From Nitrosospira multiformis ATCC 25196 (lineage in GTDB: Bacteria; Pseudomonadota; Gammaproteobacteria; Burkholderiales; Nitrosomonadaceae), in contig NC_007614.1 of the NCBI RefSeq assembly GCF_000196355.1, positions 2,820,001 to 2,852,000 of the forward strand: a DNA stretch of 32,000 nucleotides, given 5' to 3'. Below are positions 10,044 to 20,622 of the stretch, piece by piece; the first letter of the stretch is position 1, and each line of letters begins with the position of its first letter. The notes under the pieces are model-generated. The model was not told where the DNA came from. It did no database searches and saw only the letters and a program-made list of their open reading frames with translations. The translations under genes and the position numbers were made by a program.

Positions 10044-10495
10044 GGTCTGGACAATAATTTGTAAGGAACGGCCAGCGAGATTCCGAATACGATATGGGTA
10101 GCCAAGGTGATCCAGTCCCGTGCTACCGAGAACCAGGGAAAAATGAGGGTCATTCCGTACATATTCGTTACATAGATGATCAACCCGAAGATAACGCCTG
10201 CCAGCATGGAAACCAACATGCCAGGCCGGGAAATGAGGGGCGCCAGAATCAGGCCATAGGCAATGGAGAGCATGAAATGAATAAAGGTTGCGACGATCAT
10301 GACTTTCCACTCGAATGTGGCAGGTGGCGGGAGGACAGAGGACCCCATCAGCATTGCCGCAGTCAGCCGGGCATCCCGGTAAAAAATGGAGGGGAGTGCG
10401 TCAGTGAATACCCACCAGAGAACAAGCTGAGCACCGGTGGCAACGACACCAGCGATGATTCCCGCAGCAACTGCCGCGCCAGGATTGATGGACAT
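10031..10495 (-). CDS. Hypothetical integral membrane protein (about 4 TM segments)
   Basis: 154 aa with four hydrophobic stretches (AAVAAGIIAGVVATGAQLVLWW, MIVATFIHFMLSIAYGLIL, LVSMLAGVIFGLIIYVT, ITLATHIVFGISLAVPY). The 3' end overlaps the 3' end of the preceding plus-strand gene by 13 nt. Confidence 0.7.
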   Translation of the reverse strand: MSINPGAAVAAGIIAGVVATGAQLVLWWVFTDALPSIFYRDARLTAAMLMGSSVLPPPATFEWKVMIVATFIHFMLSIAYGLILAPLISRPGMLVSMLAGVIFGLIIYVTNMYGMTLIFPWFSVARDWITLATHIVFGISLAVPYKLLSRPQSA

Positions 10496-10697
10496 TTACG
10501 GTAGTGAGAAAAGGTTCTTTACAGCTTCACCGCTGAAACGTATTCGTTCTACAATAATAGTAAACTTTCCGGAGACTTGACCTTGAAGGTTCGGGGCCGG
10601 ACAGTCCTTTTATGGGTGAACATGAAACGGACAAGCAGCCGCCAGCCCACTCCGGAATATAACCTCACGAGATGATAACCGCATAATCATTCACCTC

Positions 10698-11258
10698 ATG
10701 CAAAGTGTCGACCTGACCCATCATTTCCTTATTGCCATGCCCGCCATGACAGATCCCTTCTTTGCGAAGACGCTGACCTATATCTGCGAGCATAGTGACC
10801 AAGGGGCATTGGGCCTGGTGGTGAACCGGCCGATCGATCTCACTTTGAAAGACCTGCTGGATCAGCTTGATATTTCTTCCGATGATCAATTGACACGAAG
10901 ATTTCCAATCATGTTCGGCGGTCCGATACAACTCGACCGTGGCTTCGTCCTCCATCAACCCGTGGGTGAATGGCAATCGACTATGGCAGTGAATGACGAT
11001 GTAGGACTTACCACCTCCCTCGACATTTTACGGGCGATAGCAAACGGCGAGAGTCCCCGGCAACTCCTGGTCGCGCTAGGCTATTCCGGATGGGCACCGG
11101 GCCAGATAGAGCACGAATTATCGCGAAACGCCTGGCTGACGGTGCCTGCCTCCCCGGCCATCATTTTTGAGTTACCGGCAGAAGAACGTTTGACGGCCGC
11201 GATGCGATTGCTTGGAGTGGACTTTTCGAGCCTGTCGGATGAAGTGGGTCATGCCTGA
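10698..11258 (+). CDS. yqgE: YqgE/AlgH family protein (DUF179)
   Basis: [40 protein letters not shown] and [15 protein letters not shown] are characteristic YqgE/AlgH motifs. Located directly upstream of yqgF. Confidence 0.93.
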   Translation: MQSVDLTHHFLIAMPAMTDPFFAKTLTYICEHSDQGALGLVVNRPIDLTLKDLLDQLDISSDDQLTRRFPIMFGGPIQLDRGFVLHQPVGEWQSTMAVNDDVGLTTSLDILRAIANGESPRQLLVALGYSGWAPGQIEHELSRNAWLTVPASPAIIFELPAEERLTAAMRLLGVDFSSLSDEVGHA

Positions 11259-11331
11259 AGGTATCGCTCATTCGACGAGGGAGCAATACTCAGTCCATTA
11301 CAGGCAGAGCTGACGGATTGGCAATACCGAT

Positions 11332-11787
11332 ATGGAGGAGGCTGAAAAAGCGAGTCAGCCACACGCCGGCACGGCATTGGCCTTCGATTTCGGCGAAAAA
11401 CGAATCGGGGTCGCGATCGGGAACCTGGAATTGGGATTGGCCCATCCTCTTGTTACCCTATCCAACAAGAATAAGGAGGAATGCTTGAAAAGCATCGCTC
11501 GGCTAATGGATGAATGGAAACCAGTTTTACTGGTGGTTGGACTGCCGGTTCATGCGGATGGTACAGAGCACGAGCTTACCCGTCGAAGTCGCCGCTTCGC
11601 GCATCGTCTTCAGGCCCGGTTTGGTATTCGCACTGTCCTGGAGGATGAGCGTTATACTTCGATCAGCGCCAGTTCAGCACTGGACGAAGCGAGTGTCAGG
11701 GGCAGGAGGCAGAAACAGGTGCTGGATCAGATCGCGGCTCAGCTGATATTGCAATCTTATTTTGACCAACGAAATGCAACTACCTGA
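11332..11787 (+). CDS. yqgF: YqgF/RuvX family putative Holliday junction resolvase
   Basis: ALAFDFGEKRIGVAIGN, VGLPVHADGTE and EDERYTS motifs. Confidence 0.93.
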   Translation: MEEAEKASQPHAGTALAFDFGEKRIGVAIGNLELGLAHPLVTLSNKNKEECLKSIARLMDEWKPVLLVVGLPVHADGTEHELTRRSRRFAHRLQARFGIRTVLEDERYTSISASSALDEASVRGRRQKQVLDQIAAQLILQSYFDQRNATT

Positions 11788-12283
11788 AGCGGAAGACCTG
11801 CTGGCTGTGCTGACTGCCCGGATACGGCAAGGCATTTCCGCTGATACCGCAGTCGTAGGAATTCATACCGGCGGAGTATGGCTTGCGGAAAGGCTGCACA
11901 GGGCTCTGCAACTGGCGCTTCCCCTGGGAGCGCTGGATGTCTCCTTCTATCGCGACGACTTTGGACAGATTGGTCTGCATCCTCAGATCAGACCTTCGGA
12001 TATCCCGTTCAAAGTGGAAGGAAGCCACATCATTCTCGTCGATGATGTGCTTTATACGGGACGAACGATCCGCGCTGCCATCAACGAATTATTCGATTAC
12101 GGGCGGCCGGCCAGCATTCGCCTGGCTGCCCTGATAGACAGGGGCGGAAGAGAGCTTCCCATTGCTGCACAGTACATTGGTGCAGCGCTGGATGTACCCC
12201 CTGCAAAAATGCTCGCGCTGGAAAAGAAAGCAGATGGAAAGCTGGGCCTGAGCCTGTACGACAAGCGCCCGGGCAATGAGTAA
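11774..12283 (+). CDS. pyrR: PyrR bifunctional regulator / uracil phosphoribosyltransferase family
   Basis: PRPP-binding motif [28 protein letters not shown]. The start is either ATG 11774 or TTG 11762, both overlapping the yqgF end. Confidence 0.9.
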
Positions 12284-13226
12284 TAATCCCCAGCTGAACA
12301 AAAGCGGTCAACTGCAGCATCTCTTGACTACCGAGGGACTGCCCGCCTCGATTCTCCTGAATATTCTCGATACTGCCGAACCGTTCGTCGGGGTCACGGA
12401 ACGTGACGTCAAGAAAGTGCCGCTGTTGCGCGGAAAATCCATATTCAACCTGTTCTTCGAACCTAGTACGCGGACACGCACGACATTTGAAATTGCCGCA
12501 AAACGGTTGTCTGCCGATGTCATCAATCTCAACATTGCAGCCTCGTCCCAATCCAAAGGAGAGACACTGCTGGACACAGTGAACAATCTTTCCGCCATGC
12601 ATGCCGATATGTTCGTGGTGAGGCATGCTCAGAGCGGCGCTGCACATCTCATTGCGCAGCATGTCCGCTCTGACATTCACGTCATCAATGCAGGGGATGG
12701 CCGGCACGCGCATCCCACGCAGGCCCTGCTCGACATGTTTACCATTCGTCGCTGCAAGCGCGACTTTCATAACCTGCGCGTCGCCATAGTGGGCGACATC
12801 CTTCATTCCCGGGTGGCCCGCTCGCAGATCCATGCGTTGACGACGCTCGGGGTACCGGAAGTACGTGTCATCGCACCCAAGACATTGCTGCCCGCCAAGG
12901 TCGAACGTCTGGGCGTGCATGTTTACCATGATATGGCGAAAGGACTGAAGGACGTCGATGTGCTCATGATGCTTCGTCTGCAAAACGAACGCATGCTCAG
13001 CGCGCGCCTTCCGAGCACCGAAGAATATTTCAAATATTACGGGCTCACTCCCGAAAAACTGGCGCTGGCGAAGCCGGATGCAATCGTTCTGCATCCCGGA
13101 CCCATGAACCGTGGGGTTGAGATCGATTCGGTCGTAGCCGATGGGAAGCAATCTGTAATTTTGCCCCAGGTAACATTCGGCATCGCAGTGCGCATGGCGG
13201 TAATGTCCATTCTGGCCGGAAGCTGA
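12276..13226 (+). CDS. pyrB: Aspartate carbamoyltransferase catalytic subunit
   Basis: Carbamoyl-phosphate motif [13 protein letters not shown], then [13 protein letters not shown] and [11 protein letters not shown]. Confidence 0.96.
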
Positions 13227-13231
13227 AAGTC

Positions 13232-14506
13232 ATGAACATCGCCATCCGCAATGGTCGCGTCATCGACCCGAAAAACAGCTTCGATCGCGTAACGGACATT
13301 TACATCCAGTCAGGCAAAATCGCCTCTCTCGGAGCCGTCCCGCCAGGCTTTGAGGCACGCCGGGAAATAAACGCGCAGGGATTGATCGTGTGTCCCGGGC
13401 TTGTGGATCTGTCGGCCCGGCTACGGGAACCCGGCCTGGAATACAAGGCGACGCTTGAATCGGAAATGGGAGCCGCGGTGGCGGGGGGTGTTACAAGCCT
13501 GGCATGTCCCCCCGATACCGATCCTGTGCTGGACGAACCCGGGCTGGTGGAAATGCTGAAGTATCGCGCAAGGAGCCGCAATCAGACGCGTGTGTATCCC
13601 ATTGGAGCGCTTACCCGTGGATTGAGAGGGGAATGGCTGACGGAGATGGCTGAGCTGCACAGCGCGGGATGCGTTGCATTCGGCCAGTCGGACAGGCCGC
13701 TTCCCAACAACCGGGTGCTCATGCAGGCAATGCAGTATGCCTCCACCTTCGGGTTTTGCCTGTGGCTGCGTCCCCAGGATGTAAATCTCGCTGACGGCGG
13801 AGTTGCCCACGATGGGGAAGTGGCAACGCGCCTTGGGTTGGCCCCCATTCCCGTGTGCGCCGAAACTGTCGCCCTGTCCCACATCATCCTGATGGCAAAA
13901 GAAACGGGCGCCCGGGTGCACTTGTGCCGTATCTCCAGCGCGGAAGGTGTGACCATGACACGCGCCGCCCGCAAGCAGGGATTATCTATTACCTGCGACG
14001 TTGCGGCCAATCACGTCCACCTGTCTGAAATGGATATCGGTTTCTTCGATTCCAATTGTCATCTGGTGCCACCGTTGAGAAGTCTGGGAGACCGCGACGC
14101 CTTGCGCGCAGGACTGCTGGATGGCACTATAGATGCCATATGCTCCGACCACGCTCCCGTGGACGAGGATGCAAAGCTGCTGCCCTTTGCCGAGGCCGAG
14201 GCCGGCGCAACCGGCCTCGAATTACTCCTGCCGCTTACACTGAAATGGGCGGCGGAAACGAAGCTGCCCCTGGTAGTCGCACTATCGAAGATCACGAGGG
14301 AACCTGCCCGCATCCTTGGGGTGGAAGCCGGCCATCTCACGCCCGGGGGCAATGCCGATCTGTGCATTTTCGACCCTGATCATTACTGGACGATTGAAGC
14401 GCCGACACTCAAAAGCCAGGGCAAGAACACGCCATTCCTGGGCTGGGAACTGCAAGGCAAGGTAAAATATACGCTGATCAACGGAAACGTTGTTTACGTG
14501 GACTAG
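13232..14506 (+). CDS. pyrC': Dihydroorotase-like protein, probable non-catalytic PyrC' (PyrX) partner of PyrB
   Basis: Amidohydrolase fold motifs are conserved overall, but the metal-binding HxH is replaced (DLSARLREPG). Starts 6 nt after the pyrB stop codon. Confidence 0.88.
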   Translation: MNIAIRNGRVIDPKNSFDRVTDIYIQSGKIASLGAVPPGFEARREINAQGLIVCPGLVDLSARLREPGLEYKATLESEMGAAVAGGVTSLACPPDTDPVLDEPGLVEMLKYRARSRNQTRVYPIGALTRGLRGEWLTEMAELHSAGCVAFGQSDRPLPNNRVLMQAMQYASTFGFCLWLRPQDVNLADGGVAHDGEVATRLGLAPIPVCAETVALSHIILMAKETGARVHLCRISSAEGVTMTRAARKQGLSITCDVAANHVHLSEMDIGFFDSNCHLVPPLRSLGDRDALRAGLLDGTIDAICSDHAPVDEDAKLLPFAEAEAGATGLELLLPLTLKWAAETKLPLVVALSKITREPARILGVEAGHLTPGGNADLCIFDPDHYWTIEAPTLKSQGKNTPFLGWELQGKVKYTLINGNVVYVD

Positions 14507-14566
14507 GGTCGCAACACGGCATGCATTTTCGAGTTCTCTTCTTTCAAACTGACTGAATTTCCATCA

Positions 14567-16678
14567 ATGAACCCTTTGCTCGATTTTTCCGGATTGCCGC
14601 GCTTTGCCGAGATTCGTCCCGAACATATCACACCGGCTGTAAGTCAATTGCTGGGTGACAATCGCGCCCTCATTGGACGCGTACGGGAGGATACGGATGT
14701 GCCGACCTGGGACAACTTCGTTCAGCCCATGGCGGATGCCAACGAGCGGCTCTCCCGTGCATGGGGACAGGTATCCCATTTGAATGCGGTGGTAAACACG
14801 CCGGAACTGCGGGAGGCTTATAATGCCAACCTGCCTCTTGTCACGCAGTATTATGCGGAACTGGCCCAGGATCAGGTGCTATTCGAAAAATTCAAGGAAT
14901 TGCGCGGCAGCAGGGAATTCGAAGGATTGAGTTCTGCGCGGAAAAAGGTCATCGAGAATGAGTTGCGGGACTTCCGGCTGGGCGGGGCAGAACTGCCCGC
15001 CGAGAAGAAAGCGCGTTTCCTCCAGATTCAGGAAGAGCTGTCAGCGCTGGGCTCACGCTTCAACGACAATCTTCTGGACGCCACCAACGCGTTTGTATTG
15101 CACGTGGAGGACGCCGGTGAGCTTTCCGGTATTCCCGATGACGTATTGCAAACAGCGAGAGAAGTTGCGGCAAGAGATAATGCAAGTGGCTGGAAGTTCA
15201 CCTTGCACGCGCCTTCGTATCTGCCTCTTATGCAATACGCGGACAACAGGAAGCTGCGTGAAAAAATGTACCGCGCTTATTCAACCCGTGCCAGCGAACT
15301 GAACGCAGCCGCCCTTCCATCCGGGGATACAGGCAATCTGGATAATACCCCCCTCATTGCCCGAATACTTGAACTGCGCAAGGAAGAATCGCAGCTACTT
15401 GGATTCGAATGCTATGCCGAAGTATCACTGGCGACGAAGATGGCTTCGACTCCGGTCCAGGTGCTGGACTTTCTTGGCGAACTCGCCGACAAGGCCAGGC
15501 CGTATGCCGAACGCGACCTGAAGGAGTTGAGCCAGTTTGCGGCCGAGAAGCTGCAACTGGATACCCTCGAAGCGTGGGATCTGGCGTACGTCAGCGAAAA
15601 GCTGCGCCTGGAGCGTTATGCCTTCTCAGAACAGGAAGTAAAGCAGTATTTCCCGGAAACGAGCGTGCTGCCGGGTATGTTTGGTCTGGTAGAGAATCTT
15701 TACGGCATCAACATCACTCCGGTGGAAGCAACCACGGTTCAACTCTGGCATGCGGATGCCAAGCTGTTCAATATAGGCGACAGTGAGGGCAAGCTTCTCG
15801 GCCGGTTCTATCTCGATCTCTACGCCCGACCCGGCAAACGGGGAGGAGGGTGGATGGATGATGCGATCAGCCGACGCCGCTATGTTGGAGGTGCGGACAA
15901 CCGGGAATACGCGGTGCAAGCGCCCGTCGCATACCTCAACTGTAACTTTTCCGGACCTGTCCCTCATGGAGAGAAAGTTCGCCCTGCCCTGTTCACTCAT
16001 GATGAAGTCATTACTCTGTTTCATGAATTCGGACATGGCCTCCATCACCTGTTAACCCAGGTGGACGATCTCGGCGTATCCGGCATCCATGGCGTAGAAT
16101 GGGATGCGGTTGAGTTGCCCAGCCAGTTCATGGAAAACTTCTGCTGGGAATGGGAGGTAATCAGCAGGATGGCAAGACATGTGGATACGGATGCATCCAT
16201 GCCGCGTGAACTGTTCGACAAGATGCTGGCGGGGAAGAATTTCCAGAGCGGCCTGCAGATGCTCAGGCAGCTCGAGTTTGCACTGTTCGACATGCATTTG
16301 CATTTCGATTTCGATCCGTATGGCCAGAAAACCGCGCAGCAACTGCTCGATGAAGTCCGCGAGCAGGTTGCCGTCATCATTCCTCCCGCCTTCAACCGCT
16401 TTCCCAACAGTTTCTCGCATATCTTCGGCGGAGGCTATGCCGCCGGATATTACAGTTACAAATGGGCGGAAGTGTTGTCTGCGGATGCATACAGCATGTT
16501 CGAGGAAAACCCTGCGGGTACCGTAGTCGATTCCGAAACCGGACTACGCTTCTGGAAAGAAATCCTCGCGGTAGGGGGAAGCCGGCCGACACTGGAATCT
16601 TTTATTGCGTTCCGGGGACGCGGGCCAGAAATAAATGCGCTTCTGCGGCATAACGGCATGGCTCCAGCACCTGCATAA
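14567..16678 (+). CDS. prlC: Oligopeptidase A (M3 family zinc metallopeptidase)
   Basis: 703 aa. Zinc motif FHEFGHGLHHLLTQ and downstream GVEWDAVELPSQFMENFCWE are typical of M3A oligopeptidase A. Confidence 0.95.
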   Translation: MNPLLDFSGLPRFAEIRPEHITPAVSQLLGDNRALIGRVREDTDVPTWDNFVQPMADANERLSRAWGQVSHLNAVVNTPELREAYNANLPLVTQYYAELAQDQVLFEKFKELRGSREFEGLSSARKKVIENELRDFRLGGAELPAEKKARFLQIQEELSALGSRFNDNLLDATNAFVLHVEDAGELSGIPDDVLQTAREVAARDNASGWKFTLHAPSYLPLMQYADNRKLREKMYRAYSTRASELNAAALPSGDTGNLDNTPLIARILELRKEESQLLGFECYAEVSLATKMASTPVQVLDFLGELADKARPYAERDLKELSQFAAEKLQLDTLEAWDLAYVSEKLRLERYAFSEQEVKQYFPETSVLPGMFGLVENLYGINITPVEATTVQLWHADAKLFNIGDSEGKLLGRFYLDLYARPGKRGGGWMDDAISRRRYVGGADNREYAVQAPVAYLNCNFSGPVPHGEKVRPALFTHDEVITLFHEFGHGLHHLLTQVDDLGVSGIHGVEWDAVELPSQFMENFCWEWEVISRMARHVDTDASMPRELFDKMLAGKNFQSGLQMLRQLEFALFDMHLHFDFDPYGQKTAQQLLDEVREQVAVIIPPAFNRFPNSFSHIFGGGYAAGYYSYKWAEVLSADAYSMFEENPAGTVVDSETGLRFWKEILAVGGSRPTLESFIAFRGRGPEINALLRHNGMAPAPA

Positions 16679-16880
16679 CCCGCCGAGAAAAAAGGTAATG
16701 AAGCTTAAATCAACTTCATCCTGCAACTGAATTTGGGAATCCAGAATACGAGGCTCATGCTTTCCCCTATACCGGTTACAACCTGCAATCGCGAGAAGAT
16801 TCCCGCAATTCGATTATTTGAATCCAGGAATGTGAAAAACCATAAGTAACTCAGCAGCATCGACTATAGGAGAAAATCAG

Positions 16881-17447
16881 ATGAAAGGTGTGACACGGGA
16901 AGTCATTACGGCAATGATGCTGACAATAGCATTGGGGGGTTGTGCGCAAAAGCCGCCCGCCCCGAAAGTGGAGGAGCAGGCCCAGAAATACAGTGACGGT
17001 GAACTGCCGCTGCCGGATAACTATAAAAGCTGGCCCAAATTTCTATCCGAAGTACAGCGTCCGGACAATAAGCAAGTCCGTGAAATCTATATCAATCCCA
17101 CCGGTTACGAGACCAAGATGGGAGAGGCTTTCCCTAATGGAACCATTACGGTGATGGAAATCTATAAGGCAGGCGAGGCGGCTGACGGAACGCCGCTCAA
17201 GGGACCGGACGGCAAGCTCGTCAAAGGGGAATTGCAGAAGATCGGCGTCATGGCGAAAGGAGCCGGGTGGGGTGAAAGCGTACCGCCAGAACTCAGGAAT
17301 GGAGACTGGGTATATTCAATGTATATGGCGGACGGTAAAACTAAAGCGTCCGATGATCTCAATACCTGCCGCGGGTGCCACCTGCCTTTGAAAGACAAAG
17401 ATTATATTTTCCGCTACGACGAGTATTTCCAGAAGCGGGCAAGCTGA
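16881..17447 (+). CDS. Cytochrome P460-family c-type cytochrome, predicted lipoprotein
   Basis: AGGAG precedes the ATG. N-terminal MMLTIALGGCAQ resembles a lipobox. LPLPDNYKSWPKF and YINPTGYETKMGEAFPNGTITVMEIYK resemble the P460 domain, and CRGCH is a heme c motif near the C-terminus. Confidence 0.85.
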   Translation: MKGVTREVITAMMLTIALGGCAQKPPAPKVEEQAQKYSDGELPLPDNYKSWPKFLSEVQRPDNKQVREIYINPTGYETKMGEAFPNGTITVMEIYKAGEAADGTPLKGPDGKLVKGELQKIGVMAKGAGWGESVPPELRNGDWVYSMYMADGKTKASDDLNTCRGCHLPLKDKDYIFRYDEYFQKRAS

Positions 17448-17520
17448 TCGGCATCGACGTATTGAACCACCCATTAAAATTGGGTATTGAAACTGTTTCA
17501 GGAAGCAACCTCTGCATTCC

Positions 17521-17542
17521 GCCGCCGGGCCCCCTCGGCGGC
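17521..17542. other. GC-rich hairpin in the convergent intergenic region between the P460-family gene and secA
   Basis: Perfect 7-bp stem GCCGCCG/CGGCGGC with an 8-nt loop. No T-tract follows on either strand, so it is not a canonical intrinsic terminator. Confidence 0.45.
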
Positions 17543-17778
17543 AAAACAACGAGCAAGTTCATTTAAGGCAGTCCGATTACATCCTGCTATCCTGCCGGCC
17601 CTCGTTTCTGTCAGTCCCTTTTCTTTCGGTTATCCTGTTAAGTGGGGGACCGGTACCAGTATCGCTCCCTCTCGGCTTTATGTCGGGGCGCATAGCCGTT
17701 ACCGGAACTGGAATGTTCTTTGCGCCGTGCCGTATTGCATATCAAAATAGACTGAGCTGCGCAGATAAACGGGAGAGA

Positions 17779-20532
17779 TTAATTCAGCTTGCCATGACAC
17801 TGTTTATATTTCTTTCCTGAGCCACAGGGACATGGATCATTACGCCCGATCTTTTCTCCCTGGCGGACGAACGGCTGATGTTTCTGCGGATGCTCGCGGC
17901 CTTCGATATCTTCTCCAATACTCTCGGGACTTTTTTCTTCACCCAGCGCTTCTTCAAAAGCAGCGTGATGGTACTGCACATTGACTGGGGCGTGGTGGGT
18001 TTCCGCCACGGCTTCCACCTGTTGCTCACTTCTGATCTGGACTGCCATGAGCGTCTTGCTGACTTCCGCCTTGATTTCTTCGAGCATGGACGTGAAGAGT
18101 TCAAAAGCTTCGCGCTTATATTCCTGCTTGGGATTTTTCTGCGCATATCCACGCAGATGAATTCCCTGGCGCAGGTGATCCAGTGAGGCGAGATGCTCGC
18201 GCCAGTGCATGTCAAGGCTTTGCAGCATGACCGCACGCTCGTACTGATGCATGATAGGCGCTCCCACTTGCTCCACTTTGCCGGAGTAGAGCGCATTCGC
18301 CGCCTCTATGATGCGCTGATGAAGGCTATCCTCATGTAAATCCGGTTCCTTTTCCAGCCATTCCCGCAAAGGCAGGGTCAGGTGATACTCGGCGGCCAGC
18401 GCCTTCTCCAGCCCGGAAATGTCCCATTCCTCCTCGACACTTTGCGGCGGCACATGGAGTGCGATGAGATTGCGCAGCATGTCTGCCCGCATCGCGGTTG
18501 TCGTTTCGGTTATATCTTCCGACTCAAGCAGTTCATTGCGCTGCTGATAGATGACTTTGCGCTGGTCATTGGCAACATCATCGTACTCCAGCAGTTGCTT
18601 GCGTATGTCGAAGTTGCGCGCTTCCACCTTGCGTTGCGCGTTCTCGATTGCGCGCGTCACCCAAGGGTGTTCAATGGCTTCTCCCTGAGGCATGTTGAGC
18701 CGCTGCATGATGCTCGCTACCCGGTCGGAGGCAAAAATGCGCAACAACGCGTCCTCCAGCGATAGATAAAACCGGCTGGAACCGGGGTCTCCCTGGCGGC
18801 CGGATCGGCCACGCAACTGATTATCTACGCGACGCGATTCATGGCGTTCGGTACCGATGATATGCAACCCTCCTTTTTCCAGCACTTCATCATGAAGGGT
18901 CTGCCACTGCTGTTGCAGTTCCGCAATCCGTTCTGTTTTCTCTGATTCGCTCAGGCTTTCATCGGAGCGAATGCGCTCGAATTCAGGTTCGGGATTGCCG
19001 CCCAGCACGATGTCCGTGCCCCGGCCGGCCATGTTCGTAGCAATGGTGATCATTTTCGGGCGCCCCGCCTGGGCAACGATTTCCGCCTCCCGTGCGTGCT
19101 GCTTCGCGTTCAGCACCTGATGCGGCAATTTCTCGCGAGTCAACAGGGAGGAAAGCAGTTCGTTGTTTTCAATCGAGGTGGTACCCACCAGAACAGGTTG
19201 CCCTCTCTCCTGACAGTCCTTGATGTCCGCGATAATCGCCTGGTACTTTTCGTCCATCGTGCGGAATACCTGGTCCATCCGATCGACACGTATCATGGGA
19301 CGGTGGGTCGGAATAATCACGGTTTCCAGTCCGTAAATCTGCTGGAATTCGTAAGCTTCGGTATCGGCGGTGCCGGTCATGCCCGCCAGTTTCTCGTACA
19401 TCCGGAAATAATTCTGGAAAGTGATCGAGGCGAGCGTCTGATTCTCCTTCTGGATGGTAACGCCTTCCTTTGCCTCCACTGCCTGATGCAAGCCTTCGGA
19501 CCAGCGCCGGCCTGCCATGAGCCGTCCGGTAAACTCATCGACGATAACGACTTCGCCATTCTGAATTACGTAGTGCTGGTCCCGATGAAACAAGGCGTGC
19601 GCGCGCAGACCGGCGTAAAGGTGGTGAACGAGATTGATATTGGCGGGATCATACAGGCTTGTTCCGGAAGGAAGCAGTCCGCTCTGGACCAGCAGTTTTT
19701 CCGCATGCTCGAACCCCGCCTCGCTCAACAATACCTGCTGGGCTTTCTCATCCACGCTAAAATCCCCGGGACTGTCCTCATTTTCCTGCCGGACCAGTTT
19801 TGGAATCAGCGCGTTCATGCGCACATAAACGTCCGTGTTGCCTTCCGCTTGCCCCGAAATGATCAAAGGAGTACGTGCCTCGTCGATCAGGATGGAGTCG
19901 ACCTCGTCGACAATGGCAAAATTGAGCACACGCTGCACCCGCTCGAGCGGATGAGTCACCATGTTATCGCGCAGGTAATCGAATCCGTATTCGTTGTTGG
20001 TGCCATAAGTTATATCGGCTGCATAGGCCGCCTGCTTGTCGCCATGATCCATCTGGGACAGAATCACGCCTACGCTGATCCCCAGGAATCGATAGATGCG
20101 GCCCATCCATTCAGCATCGCGCTTTGCCAGGTAATCGTTCACGGTGACGAGGTGCACACCCTTGCCCGCCAGCGCATTGAGATAAGCAGGCAAGGTGGCC
20201 ATCAGGGTCTTGCCTTCACCTGTCCGCATTTCGGCAATCTTGCCGTCGTGAAGCACCATGCCGCCGATCAACTGCACATCGAAATGACGCATTCCGAGCA
20301 CGCGCTTGCCTGCTTCTCGCACGACTGCAAATGCCTCGGGCAGCAGCATATCCAGATCGGCTCCTTCCCCGATGCGCTGCCTGAACTCTTCGGTCTTTCC
20401 ACGCAATTCCGCATCGCTCAGCGCCCCGATCTTCGCTTCCAGCGCATTGATCGCCGTCACGTTCTGTGAATACTGCTTGATGAGCCTGTCGTTACGGCTC
20501 CCGAACACTTTTTTGAGCAGATTGTTGAGCAT
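17779..20532 (-). CDS. secA: Preprotein translocase ATPase SecA
   Basis: 917 aa. Walker [10 protein letters not shown], then [33 protein letters not shown], and C-terminal zinc motif [17 protein letters not shown]. Confidence 0.98.
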   Translation of the reverse strand: MLNNLLKKVFGSRNDRLIKQYSQNVTAINALEAKIGALSDAELRGKTEEFRQRIGEGADLDMLLPEAFAVVREAGKRVLGMRHFDVQLIGGMVLHDGKIAEMRTGEGKTLMATLPAYLNALAGKGVHLVTVNDYLAKRDAEWMGRIYRFLGISVGVILSQMDHGDKQAAYAADITYGTNNEYGFDYLRDNMVTHPLERVQRVLNFAIVDEVDSILIDEARTPLIISGQAEGNTDVYVRMNALIPKLVRQENEDSPGDFSVDEKAQQVLLSEAGFEHAEKLLVQSGLLPSGTSLYDPANINLVHHLYAGLRAHALFHRDQHYVIQNGEVVIVDEFTGRLMAGRRWSEGLHQAVEAKEGVTIQKENQTLASITFQNYFRMYEKLAGMTGTADTEAYEFQQIYGLETVIIPTHRPMIRVDRMDQVFRTMDEKYQAIIADIKDCQERGQPVLVGTTSIENNELLSSLLTREKLPHQVLNAKQHAREAEIVAQAGRPKMITIATNMAGRGTDIVLGGNPEPEFERIRSDESLSESEKTERIAELQQQWQTLHDEVLEKGGLHIIGTERHESRRVDNQLRGRSGRQGDPGSSRFYLSLEDALLRIFASDRVASIMQRLNMPQGEAIEHPWVTRAIENAQRKVEARNFDIRKQLLEYDDVANDQRKVIYQQRNELLESEDITETTTAMRADMLRNLIALHVPPQSVEEEWDISGLEKALAAEYHLTLPLREWLEKEPDLHEDSLHQRIIEAANALYSGKVEQVGAPIMHQYERAVMLQSLDMHWREHLASLDHLRQGIHLRGYAQKNPKQEYKREAFELFTSMLEEIKAEVSKTLMAVQIRSEQQVEAVAETHHAPVNVQYHHAAFEEALGEEKSPESIGEDIEGREHPQKHQPFVRQGEKIGRNDPCPCGSGKKYKQCHGKLN

Positions 20533-20563
20533 GAAAATTCTATTTCTATTAAGCGATCGTCAA
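20533..20563 (-). promoter_or_regulatory. Possible sigma70-like promoter for secA
   Basis: Minus strand TTGACG (20563-20558), 15-nt spacer, TAGAAT (20542-20537), TTTC, then secA ATG at 20532. The spacer is short and this is unverified. Confidence 0.3.
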
Positions 20564-20599
20564 AAAAATAGGGGGTGAGGTTTTTTCGGCCTCACCCCC
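20562..20599 (-). terminator. Rho-independent terminator downstream of the M23 peptidase gene
   Basis: On the minus strand: GGGGGTGAGG - CCGAAAAAA - CCTCACCCCC (perfect 10-bp stem), followed by TATTTTTTT. Confidence 0.93.
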
Positions 20600-20622
20600 C
20601 ACTGCAAAGTATTTATCCCGGC

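Noticed and set aside
10571-10600. TTGACCTTGAAGGTTCGG resembling a MerR-family metal regulator operator
   Set aside because: The symmetry and spacing do not form a proper dyad within a 19-20 bp promoter spacer, and no MerR-type gene or metal-resistance gene is nearby.
12081-13151. Minus-strand ORF of 356 aa opposite pyrB/pyrR
   Set aside because: Entirely antisense to clearly coding pyrB and pyrR, with no recognisable domain.
19096-20469. Long plus-strand ORF of 457 aa opposite secA
   Set aside because: Fully antisense to a complete, motif-rich SecA. High-GC shadow ORF with histidine-rich, low-plausibility composition.
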